Shown here: piece by piece, positions 1-9,421 of the stretch
How positions within the stretch are numbered: position 1 is the stretch's first letter
How the letters are laid out: every line of letters starts with the position of its first letter
Assembly: GCA_963578705.1 (NCBI GenBank)
Contig: CAUZDT010000001.1
Span: forward strand, 1-62,931
Direction of reading: 5' to 3'
Source of the DNA: Candidatus Thalassarchaeaceae archaeon
GTDB lineage: Archaea > Thermoplasmatota > Poseidoniia > MGIII > CG-Epi1
Length of the DNA stretch: 62,931 nucleotides
Translations under genes and position numbers: made by a program
Notes under the pieces: generated by a model
Told to the model about the DNA's origin: nothing
Seen by the model: the letters and a program-made list of their open reading frames with translations, nothing else
Database searches by the model: none

Positions 1-81
1 CCTTGGGCAGAAAGCTGATTTCCGCTGCCTCCGCGGCAGTCACCATCTATTTTAAAGGTTCGGGAGGGGTGGAAACTGAGT

Positions 82-169
82 GCGGGGGTCGCATAGCCTG
101 GCCAATTGTGCCGGACTTAAGATCCGGTTCCTCAGGGATTCGTCGGTTCGAATCCGACCCCCCGCACCA
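82..169 (+). tRNA. tRNA-Leu (anticodon TAA), 3' CCA encoded
   Basis: Cloverleaf read by eye. Acceptor GCGGGGG/CCCCCGC. Anticodon arm CCGGA-CTTAAGA-TCCGG (anticodon TAA). Long variable arm typical of Leu. T arm GTCGG-TTCGAAT-CCGAC, discriminator A, then CCA. AT-rich box TATTTTAAA at 48..56 lies about 30 nt upstream. Confidence 0.9.
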
Positions 170-181
170 CCTTTCCTCCGT

Positions 182-565
182 TCAGCTACACGGCGGCACC
201 ATGCCCACCGCAAGCCGGTGCCGCCGCGCCGCGACGCGCCGGTAGAGCCAGCGCAGAACCGGCATCACGCCGGGAAACCGCGAGAGCAGCCAGAGCGGCC
301 AGCCCCACCAGACGTGGCGGCAGAGCTCCATGAGTGCGTCTGCGCCGCCGAGCACGCTGTCGTCGGGGAGCAGCAGCAAAAGCTCGTCCGGGGCGGCGGC
401 CGCGTCCGCCGCCCCGCCATCCTGGGCGAGCCGCTCGCGCACCCACTCCGCCTGCAGCTCCGCCAGCGAAAAGCCGGCGCGCTGCGCCAGCCCGCCCCAG
501 CGGGCGGCGAGCCCGTGGCAGAAGCCGCACTCGCCGTCATACAGCAGCCAGCCCGCCCCGGACAT
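182..565 (-). CDS. Thiol-disulfide oxidoreductase, DCC family (DUF393)
   Basis: ORF 182..622 carries the N-terminal LLYDGECGFC CxxC motif typical of DCC/DUF393 proteins. Start placed at the internal ATG (565), giving MSGAGWLLYDGECGFC. The ATG at 622 is an alternative. Confidence 0.7.
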   Translation of the reverse strand: MSGAGWLLYDGECGFCHGLAARWGGLAQRAGFSLAELQAEWVRERLAQDGGAADAAAAPDELLLLLPDDSVLGGADALMELCRHVWWGWPLWLLSRFPGVMPVLRWLYRRVAARRHRLAVGMVPPCS

Positions 566-649
566 AGCGCGCCAGCCGGCGTTCCGTAAAAGCACGTTGC
601 GTCGCCCGTGGGCGACCCGCATGGCGCTGCGCAGCTTAAATATCGTTCG

Positions 650-1267
650 TCAGAAAGGTGCGATGGTCCAGTAGGCCATCGCGAGCGCCAGGATACCGGC
701 GACGATGCCGCCCCAGGCAGCGCTGCTCCACGCCATAATTTTGGAGCCGTCGAGCGGCGGGAACGGAATCATGTTGAAGCCGCCTAGGATGATATTGATG
801 ATTACTAGGAAGCGTGCCAGCGCGCCGAGCCAGCCGAGCGGCCCGGCCGCGCCAGCCAGCAACAGGTAGAGCGGAAATGCCGCCAGCGCCAGCGCGACGT
901 TGGTGAGCGGCCCCACCGCAGCGATGTGGCCGTGCTGCCGCGGGGTGACGTGGCCGGCGACCATCACCGCTCCCGGCGCCGCAATCAGGAAGCCGAAGGC
1001 GCCCATCAGCAGCGCCAGCAGCAGCCCGTTACGGTTGCCGCGGTATTCGGCCCAGCAGCCGTATTTCTGTGCCATCCACTTGTGCGCCAGCTCGTGCAGC
1101 AGGAAGCCGGTCATCACCGCCGCGAACGACATCAGCAGTTTCACTGCAAAAATCGAGAGGTTCGCCCGCGCCGGGCCGAGTCCACCGGCGAGTGCCAGCG
1201 CCAGTGCGACCGTCAGTATTGCGACCGATTCGGCAATCTGTGCCTTTTCGTAGTCGGAAAAGAGCAT
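650..1267 (-). CDS. Site-2 protease family (peptidase M50) zinc metalloprotease, small archaeal type
   Basis: HELAHKWMAQKYG (HExxH) lies inside a multi-TM protein and the C-terminal part has a PFPPLDG-type motif. Start placed at ATG 1267 (MLFSDYEKAQIAES...). The ORF extends to 1447, but that extension is Arg/Gly-rich and unlike the rest. Confidence 0.75.
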   Translation of the reverse strand: MLFSDYEKAQIAESVAILTVALALALAGGLGPARANLSIFAVKLLMSFAAVMTGFLLHELAHKWMAQKYGCWAEYRGNRNGLLLALLMGAFGFLIAAPGAVMVAGHVTPRQHGHIAAVGPLTNVALALAAFPLYLLLAGAAGPLGWLGALARFLVIINIILGGFNMIPFPPLDGSKIMAWSSAAWGGIVAGILALAMAYWTIAPF

Positions 1268-1455
1268 CCCGCCCGGCCGGCGGTTAACCTGCAGTGGTTC
1301 GCCCCAGCCGGCGGTGAACGGGGAAGACTCGGTGCGATAGGTTGCCTGTCGCCCCCGCGAGCGGTCGCTCCACACGGCGCGCCACCCTGCCCCTGTCTTA
1401 AGGAATTTGGCCGGCGCGTGACGCAAGCGCTTAAGCGCGCCAGCCATCGGCGTGC

Positions 1456-1683
1456 GTGGAGGACGAGACGCTGCAGCTGCGCGCCCGCATCGCCGCGCTC
1501 GAGGCGGAGCTGGAGCAGCAGCGCGGAGCGCACGCCGCCGAGATGAAGCGGCTCAAGTCGGAGAACTACGCGGCGCTCGAGGCGTCGCAGACACGCTACC
1601 AGGGCGAGCTCGCTATCCAGCACGCCAACTTCGAGCGGCAGATTGTGGAGCTGAAAGCGCGTCTCAAGGCGTTCAACGTATGA
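1456..1683 (+). CDS. Hypothetical small coiled-coil protein (75 aa)
   Basis: GTG-initiated ORF with heptad-like sequence (LQLRARIAALEAELEQQ...IVELKARLKAF). Its TGA overlaps the ATG of the next gene (ATGA at 1680..1683), suggesting translational coupling. Confidence 0.55.
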   Translation: MEDETLQLRARIAALEAELEQQRGAHAAEMKRLKSENYAALEASQTRYQGELAIQHANFERQIVELKARLKAFNV

Positions 1684-2348
1684 ACTCCCAATTTTGGGCT
1701 GCCAACCTGCTCGGGATGGTGGTACTCTTCGCCCCGGCGTTCTGGCTTTTCCTGCGCACTATCGCCCCCGTCGAGGAGCAGCTGCAGGAACGCAAGCTCT
1801 ACCTGGCGTGCGGCGGCGGCGCTATTTTCGGGACAATAGCCGAGGTGCTGATGCTACTGGGCGGCTTCGACCTGCGCTCGTCCACCGTCGGCTACGCGTC
1901 GTTGCTGATTGTAGGGCCGGCGCTGGTGACGCTGGTGCTCTGGCTGGGGCTGCGGCTACGCACTTTCCGCGACGCGCGCTACGCCGGCTACTATGCGGCC
2001 GGCTTCGGCCTCTTCTTCGGCGCGGCGCATGAGTTCTGGAAGCTGCTGGTGCTCGAGGCTCGGCTTGGCGGGACGCTGCCGTTCCCTGGCGGGCTGCTCG
2101 ACGCCTGGTTCGGACTGGCGGCGACGGTGCTGCTGGGCGGCATGGCGCTCTGGCTTATGCCGGCGCTCCAGCGTGACAGCGGCGTCCGCACCGCCGCCCG
2201 GCTGGCGCTGCTCTACCTCGCCCTCGGCTTCCTGCGCATCTCGGCCATTGAGCGACCCGAGCCGGTGATTGACGCGGCGACGGCGCTCGCCTTCGCGGCG
2301 GGCGCCGCGGCGCTCTACCAGAAGGGCGCCGCGAGGCTGCCGGCGTGA
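1680..2348 (+). CDS. Hypothetical integral membrane protein (about 6 TM)
   Basis: Internal ATG of ORF 1452..2348 (MNSQFWAANLLGMVVLFAPAFWLFL...). Repeated hydrophobic segments. Start overlaps the upstream stop. The 5' part of the long ORF is Arg/Ala junk in another gene's space. Confidence 0.6.
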   Translation: MNSQFWAANLLGMVVLFAPAFWLFLRTIAPVEEQLQERKLYLACGGGAIFGTIAEVLMLLGGFDLRSSTVGYASLLIVGPALVTLVLWLGLRLRTFRDARYAGYYAAGFGLFFGAAHEFWKLLVLEARLGGTLPFPGGLLDAWFGLAATVLLGGMALWLMPALQRDSGVRTAARLALLYLALGFLRISAIERPEPVIDAATALAFAAGAAALYQKGAARLPA

Positions 2349-2506
2349 TTTTCACCATAGTCCTCGTCCTGCTGTTCATCGGGATCATCGCCGGGATTTT
2401 CCTGTGGCAGAAGCTCTACAACCCCGGGGAACTCTGCGCCAAGTGCTACCGCGTGCTCCCGTCAGGTGCGCGCGGGTGCACGTGGTGCGGCGAGTCGCGC
2501 GATTAA
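2345..2506 (+). CDS. Hypothetical small membrane-anchored zinc-ribbon protein (53 aa)
   Basis: Not in the ORF track (under 60 aa). GTG at 2345 overlaps the upstream TGA (GTGA). Translation is VIFTIVLVLLFIGIIAGIFLWQKLYNPGELCAKCYRVLPSGARGCTWCGESRD, i.e. one TM helix plus CxxC...CxxC. Confidence 0.5.
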   Translation: MIFTIVLVLLFIGIIAGIFLWQKLYNPGELCAKCYRVLPSGARGCTWCGESRD

Positions 2507-2587
2507 TTGGTGATTAATCCCGCCGTGGTTCCAGCATCCGCTGGTGGCGCCAGCCACTAGAAAGGCTGCGCCCGTTCCGAAGCAGAG

Positions 2588-3112
2588 TCAGCTCCGCTTC
2601 GGTTCGACAATTATCATCAGCGCCCAGCCAGTCACGCCGCCGGCGAGCAGTCCGGTAATCAGCCGGCGCAGGTTGGTCGACTCGTAGCCGGTCAGCAGCT
2701 GGATGGTCCCGTCGAGTCCTATAGGCACTAGCGCCAGCAATACCAGCGGTAGCGACAGCTCCGGGCGACGCCGCAAGGCGACGGTGAAGCCCAGCGCCAG
2801 CCCGGCAAAGATGCCTAGGTCGCGCGCGCAGAATGGCATCTGGTTACCCGCGTAGGCGTAGGAGCGGCTCGAAATCTGGTGGCAGTTTGCGTCGCCCAGC
2901 CAGTAGACCGCCGCGGCGACGGGGTTCATCGTGTCGAGCGTCTCCCGGTTATCGACGCGCCCGACGTAGCCCGACAGGTCCCCGGTCGCCCCCGGCTCGA
3001 GCAGCAGCGGCCCGCCAGTGACCAGCAGCACCCAGCCCCAGAGCAGCGCCAGCGCCACCTGCTCGCGGCGCGAAAGCGCGGCGACGAAGCGTGCCACTTG
3101 CGAAGCGGTCAC
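2588..3112 (-). CDS. DUF2085-family membrane protein
   Basis: Motif CHQISSRSYAYAGNQMPFCARDLGIFAG matches the DUF2085 pattern (CHQ..RS....PxCARxxGIY), followed by TM helices. Start set to the GTG at 3112, which overlaps the upstream gene's TGA (GTGA). The longer ORF (to 3322) overlaps that gene. Confidence 0.7.
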   Translation of the reverse strand: MTASQVARFVAALSRREQVALALLWGWVLLVTGGPLLLEPGATGDLSGYVGRVDNRETLDTMNPVAAAVYWLGDANCHQISSRSYAYAGNQMPFCARDLGIFAGLALGFTVALRRRPELSLPLVLLALVPIGLDGTIQLLTGYESTNLRRLITGLLAGGVTGWALMIIVEPKRS

Positions 3113-4113
3113 GCCTCGAACCGCTCGCGGTCGCCGAGCAATAACAGGAGCGCCGCCAGCGACAGCAAGCTGCCGAGCAGGAAGCCCCAGCTCAGGATGC
3201 CCGCCACCGCGCCGAACAGCGCCAGCCGGAAGTGGCGCTCGAGCAGCGCCGCGCCTCCCCCGAGTAGCGCCAGCAGCGCCATCACCGCTAGCACCGGCGC
3301 CTGCGCGGCGCTGGGCGGCCACGGTCGCGCGACGTTGCTGCGCTGGTCGGTGACGTCGTGGCCGTCGCCCGGCTCGAGCTGCGCGTTGAGCAGGTTGGTC
3401 GCGGCGGGCCGCAGGTCAATCCAGGTCGAGTCGGTGCGGTAGCCGGGGCTGAAGAATGTCACCTTCAGTTCGCCGCTGGTCAGGTTGTGCAGGAAGTAGC
3501 GCCCCTCTCCGTCGCTGAAGGTCTGCTGGCCGCCGGCGGCGACGCGCACGTTCTCGAGCGCGGTGCCGTTGACGTCAATCACCGAGCCGTAAAGGCTGGC
3601 TGTCGCCGGCTCGTCCCAGGGCGAGTCGTAGCCGCTCCACTTGATGGCGGTCGCGGTCGCCGCGAACAGGCCGAGCACCGCTACCGCGAGCAGCAACAGC
3701 CCCGCCAGCTGCGCCTTGCTGCGCGGGCCGTCGATGACCGACTGCAGCCGCTCGACGCGGTAGGCGGTCGAGAGCTCGTCCAGCAGCTCCAGCGCGCCGG
3801 GCGCGGCTGGCTCGGGCGGGACGGGCGGCTCGCTGGGGGGTGCGGGCTCCCCGTCAGGCGATGGGTCGCCTTGGGGGGGTTCGTCTTCCGCTTCGTCCTC
3901 CTCCGGTTCTTCCTCTGCGTCAGCCGTTTCCTCGTCGGGCGCTTCTTCTGCGACCGTTTCTTCGGCTGCTGGAGCCTCTTCTGCTGCAGGCGCTTCTTCG
4001 CCCGGGACGTCGAAGCCGTGGTCGCAGCTGGGGCAGGCGACCGACTGCCCCGGCCGGCGTCCGGTATCGAAGCGGATGAAACAGACGGGGCACTCCAACT
4101 GTTGCGTCACCAT
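3109..4113 (-). CDS. Hypothetical membrane protein: N-terminal zinc ribbon, acidic linker, TM, carboxypeptidase-regulatory-like domain, C-terminal TMs
   Basis: N-terminus is CPVCFIRF...CPSCDHGF (CxxC...CxxC). An Ala/Glu/Pro-rich acidic low-complexity stretch and a TM helix follow. Next comes LYGSVIDVNGTALENVRVAAGGQQTFSDGEGRYFLHNLTSGELKVTFFSPGY (CarboxypepD_reg-like pattern), then 2-3 TM helices. Confidence 0.65.
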   Translation of the reverse strand: MVTQQLECPVCFIRFDTGRRPGQSVACPSCDHGFDVPGEEAPAAEEAPAAEETVAEEAPDEETADAEEEPEEDEAEDEPPQGDPSPDGEPAPPSEPPVPPEPAAPGALELLDELSTAYRVERLQSVIDGPRSKAQLAGLLLLAVAVLGLFAATATAIKWSGYDSPWDEPATASLYGSVIDVNGTALENVRVAAGGQQTFSDGEGRYFLHNLTSGELKVTFFSPGYRTDSTWIDLRPAATNLLNAQLEPGDGHDVTDQRSNVARPWPPSAAQAPVLAVMALLALLGGGAALLERHFRLALFGAVAGILSWGFLLGSLLSLAALLLLLGDRERFEA

Positions 4114-4134
4114 CGGCGCGGACTTGCACCCGCG

Positions 4135-4143
4135 TTAAATAAA
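4135..4143. promoter_or_regulatory. Shared TATA-like box (TTAAATAAA) for divergent, apparently leaderless genes
   Basis: This is the only AT-rich element in the 49-nt spacer 4114..4162. Its centre is about 26 nt from the minus-strand ATG (4113) and about 24 nt from the plus-strand ATG (4163). Confidence 0.45.
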
Positions 4144-4162
4144 CGTGGCGACTCGCCGCGCC

Positions 4163-4960
4163 ATGGAACCGGCGATAGCGCTGCTGCTCGGCATCGTGCA
4201 GGGCCTTACGGAGTGGCTGCCGGTCAGCAGCAGCGGCCACCTGGTGATTTTCGAGCACTTCAGCGACGTGCGCCCGCCGCTATTCTTCAACATCGCGCTG
4301 CACCTCGGCACGCTGCTCGCCGCTGGCTGGCTGCTGCGCGCCGAAATCACGGGGGCGCTGCGCGCGACGCCTGGGGCACTGCGCGCGATGCGTGCTGGCA
4401 CGGCCGACCCCAACGAGCGCACCGTGCTGCTGGTGCTGCTGGCGAGCATCCCGACGGCGGTCATCGGCTACAGCTTCGACTCGCTCGCGAGCGGCTGGCT
4501 GGGCTCGCTGCAAATTACGGGAGCGGGGCTGCTGGTGACCGCCGGCGTGCTCTGGCTCTCGCGCGGTCGCAGCGGCACGCTCGATACCGCGAGCGTGCCG
4601 CTAGTCGTCGGCGTCTGGATGGGGCTGGCGCAGGGGCTGGCAGTGCTGCCGGGGCTCTCGCGCTCGGGGCTGACGATTGCGGCCGGCATGGTGGCCGGCA
4701 TGCGCCCCGTCGCAGCGGCACGACTCTCGTTCCTGATGTCGATGCCCGCCATCCTCGGCGCAACCGCCCTCGAGCTGCTGCAGGAGCGCGAGGGCGCGCT
4801 CGCGGGCGTCGCGCCGGCCGAGTTCGCGCTCGGGATAGCCGCCGCGGCCGTTACCGGCTTCCTCGCGCTGCGCTGGCTGCTGGCGCTCGTGGAGCAGCGC
4901 CGCTTCCATTGGTTCGCGCCCTACTGCGGGGTGGTCGGCCTGATTCTCCTGTCGCTCTAG
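4163..4960 (+). CDS. uppP: Undecaprenyl-diphosphate phosphatase (UppP/BacA family)
   Basis: GIVQGLTEWLPVSSSGHL signature near the N-terminus, multi-TM, later SRSG motif (PGLSRSGLTI). ATG 4163 preferred because of the TATA spacing. GTG 4145 is an alternative. Confidence 0.85.
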   Translation: MEPAIALLLGIVQGLTEWLPVSSSGHLVIFEHFSDVRPPLFFNIALHLGTLLAAGWLLRAEITGALRATPGALRAMRAGTADPNERTVLLVLLASIPTAVIGYSFDSLASGWLGSLQITGAGLLVTAGVLWLSRGRSGTLDTASVPLVVGVWMGLAQGLAVLPGLSRSGLTIAAGMVAGMRPVAAARLSFLMSMPAILGATALELLQEREGALAGVAPAEFALGIAAAAVTGFLALRWLLALVEQRRFHWFAPYCGVVGLILLSL

Positions 4961-5568
4961 GATTGCAGGATTTCGGTCTGGACGACCAGTTCGTATTTGC
5001 CTGAATAGAGTTGCGAGGCGAGCCCCTCCATCCCCGAGCCGGAGATGGTAATGGTCCACTCGCCCTCGACGTTCGGCAGCGGCGGTGTGTAAGGGCCGAT
5101 TTCCTTTTCGTTGTCGGTCCAGTAGACGATTTCGTAGCAGGGCGGTTCGCGGTCGTCACGGCAGAACTCCTCGCCGTCCGGGGTGCGGAAGGTGAGGTCG
5201 AGTGTCCCCGCCGGGCCTTCCTCGGGCTGCTCGCCGCCGATGAGCATGTAGTCAATCGTAATCTCGACTCGCAGGTAGCGCGCGCCCTGCGGCAGCTCAA
5301 ATTTGTTGGTATACTCGACCCAGGAGAGGTTCTGCAGCGCCTGCTGGAACTGGAGCGGGTCCTCGGCAATATCCAGCGCCGCCTCGATTAGCGTATCCTG
5401 GTCCTGGTCGGGGTCGGGCGCAAACTGTCCCTCGAAGCGGTTGAGCTCGACCTGCGTGTAGACCGCCTCCTGCTCGGGCACCAGCCGGTCCATCAGCCCG
5501 TTCATGGCCGGCACGTCGATGCAGCCCACCGTGGCGAGCATCAACGCGACAGCTAGCATCCGCTTCAT
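4957..5568 (-). CDS. Hypothetical secreted lipoprotein
   Basis: N-terminus MKRMLAVALMLATVGC resembles a signal peptide with a lipobox-like Cys. The rest is an acidic soluble domain with no recognisable motif. Confidence 0.6.
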   Translation of the reverse strand: MKRMLAVALMLATVGCIDVPAMNGLMDRLVPEQEAVYTQVELNRFEGQFAPDPDQDQDTLIEAALDIAEDPLQFQQALQNLSWVEYTNKFELPQGARYLRVEITIDYMLIGGEQPEEGPAGTLDLTFRTPDGEEFCRDDREPPCYEIVYWTDNEKEIGPYTPPLPNVEGEWTITISGSGMEGLASQLYSGKYELVVQTEILQS

Positions 5569-5743
5569 GGGCGCCCCGTGCGCTTAAGGGATTAAAGATT
5601 GACGGCGTCATTTGTTAATGTTGGGGCTGGAGGCGATAGCAGCCGCGTGTCGCGCGTAGCGGGACACGCTAGGCTGCGTTTGCCAGTCCGCGACCGAAGG
5701 GAGCGGGCGGCAGATTGATAACCCCACCATCGCCCTCGTCGCC

Positions 5744-7369
5744 GTGGAAGCGGAGGAGGCGCTGCGCGCAGCCGCATTGCAGGAGGCGGCGCGGCATGGT
5801 GCGGCGCAGCCGAAGTCGGTGCTGGGGAAGGTGCTCGGCACGCACGCCGAACTGCGGCCGCAGGCGCGCGAACTCGGCGCGGTCGCCGAGCGCATCGTTG
5901 CCGAAGTGAACGCGCTCTCGCCGGCAGAAGTGGCAGCGCAGGCGCCCGCCCCGCCGGAGCCTCGCCAGGCGACTGACGGCGGCCGTACGGGGCTCCCGTC
6001 GCTCGAGGCCGACGGTGCGGTGGTACTGCGCTTCGCGCCCGGTCCGAGCGGGCCGCTGCACCTCGGCCATTCGCGCGCAGTGGCGCTGAACCACGCCTAC
6101 CGCGAACTGCACGATGGCAAGCTCATCCTGCGGCTGGAGGACACCAACCCGGCGGCGGTCGACCCCGGGGCGTACGACCTCATCACTGCCGATATGGAGT
6201 GGCTCGGCGCGACGCCCGACGAGACTGTCGTCCAGTCGGACCGGCTCGAGATTTACTACGGCGACGCCCGCGAGCTGCTGTCGCGCGGTGCGTCCTACGT
6301 TTGCCATTGCGACGCCGAGGAGTGGCGCGAGCTGAAGCGCCAGAGCACCGCCTGCCCCTGCCGCCCCGGCGAGCCTGAAGTGCAGCTGGCGGCGTTCGAA
6401 GCGCTGCTCGCGGGGGGCGACGGCATCGTCGTCGTGAAAACCGACCTCGAAGACCGGAACCCGGCGCTGCGCGACTTCGTCGCCTTGCGGGTCGCTGAAA
6501 CACCGCACCCGCGGCAGGGCGATGCGTGGCGGCTCTGGCCGACCTACAACTTCGCGGTCGCGGTCGACGATTACCGGCTCGGCGTGACGCACGTGCTGCG
6601 CGGCAAGGACCACCTCAACAACACGCAGCGCCAGCAGTGGGTCTACCGTCACCTCGGCTGGGACGAGCCGCAGTTCATCCACTACGGACTGGTCTCGATT
6701 CCCGGCACGTTGCTCAAGACCAGCACCATCCGCGAAGGCCTCACTGCTGGGAAATACTCAGACTGGGACGACCCCCGGCTCGCGACGCTGGCGGCGCTAC
6801 GGCGACGCGGCTACCAGCCGCAGGCCATCATGGATTACTGGGTTGCCGCCGGTGTCAAGGAGGCCGACATCACGCTCTCGTGGCAGAACCTGGAGGCGGC
6901 CAACCGCGCGCTCGTCGAGCCCGAAGCGAAGCGGCTTTTCTGGGTGCCGGAACCGGTCGAGCTGCTGCTCGACGCACCGCAACCACTGGAGAAGCGGGCG
7001 CCGTTCCACCCCGACCGTGACGAGATGGGCGAGCGACGCGAAACGGTCGCGCCCGGCGCGACCGTTTTGCTGCCGGCAGCCGACGTGCAGAAGCTGGCGG
7101 AGGGCGACCTGCTACGGCTCAAGAACTTGTGCAACTGCCGGCTGCGCGACGGCCGGCTCGAGCACGCCGGTGACGACCCCGTCAAGGGCGTGCCAATCGT
7201 CCAGTGGTGCGCTGCGGGCACACCGCTGCAGCTGCTGCGGCCGGACGGCTCGACGGCCGACGGAATCGCGGAGCCGGCGGCCGCGGAACTGGAAGGCGAA
7301 GTGGTGCAGTTCGAGCGGGTCGGCTTCGTCAGGTTGGAGCGAGGGCAAGCGCCGTTCCTGCATCGCTGA
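5744..7369 (+). CDS. gltX: Glutamyl-tRNA synthetase, archaeal/eukaryal type
   Basis: LRFAPGPSGPLHLGHSRAVALN (HIGH region), LRLEDTNP, VLRGKDHLNNTQRQ. Length 541 aa with the N-terminal helical segment typical of archaeal GluRS. Confidence 0.92.
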   Translation: MEAEEALRAAALQEAARHGAAQPKSVLGKVLGTHAELRPQARELGAVAERIVAEVNALSPAEVAAQAPAPPEPRQATDGGRTGLPSLEADGAVVLRFAPGPSGPLHLGHSRAVALNHAYRELHDGKLILRLEDTNPAAVDPGAYDLITADMEWLGATPDETVVQSDRLEIYYGDARELLSRGASYVCHCDAEEWRELKRQSTACPCRPGEPEVQLAAFEALLAGGDGIVVVKTDLEDRNPALRDFVALRVAETPHPRQGDAWRLWPTYNFAVAVDDYRLGVTHVLRGKDHLNNTQRQQWVYRHLGWDEPQFIHYGLVSIPGTLLKTSTIREGLTAGKYSDWDDPRLATLAALRRRGYQPQAIMDYWVAAGVKEADITLSWQNLEAANRALVEPEAKRLFWVPEPVELLLDAPQPLEKRAPFHPDRDEMGERRETVAPGATVLLPAADVQKLAEGDLLRLKNLCNCRLRDGRLEHAGDDPVKGVPIVQWCAAGTPLQLLRPDGSTADGIAEPAAAELEGEVVQFERVGFVRLERGQAPFLHR

Positions 7370-7440
7370 TTCGCTGACGACAGATATTTAAAAACAGGGG
7401 CACACTTTTAACCCCATACGCTTGCCGTCCCGGCAGGTAG

Positions 7441-9405
<1,965 letters not shown>

Positions 9406-9421
9406 GGCTGCTCCGGCGCGA

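Noticed and set aside
3358-5004. 548-aa plus-strand ORF
   Set aside because: It overlaps the credible minus-strand membrane protein (3109..4113) and is out of frame with uppP. It is Arg/Gly/Ala-rich with no motifs, a typical high-GC shadow ORF.
5669-6682. 337-aa minus-strand ORF
   Set aside because: It is antisense to gltX, which has clear HIGH-region motifs.
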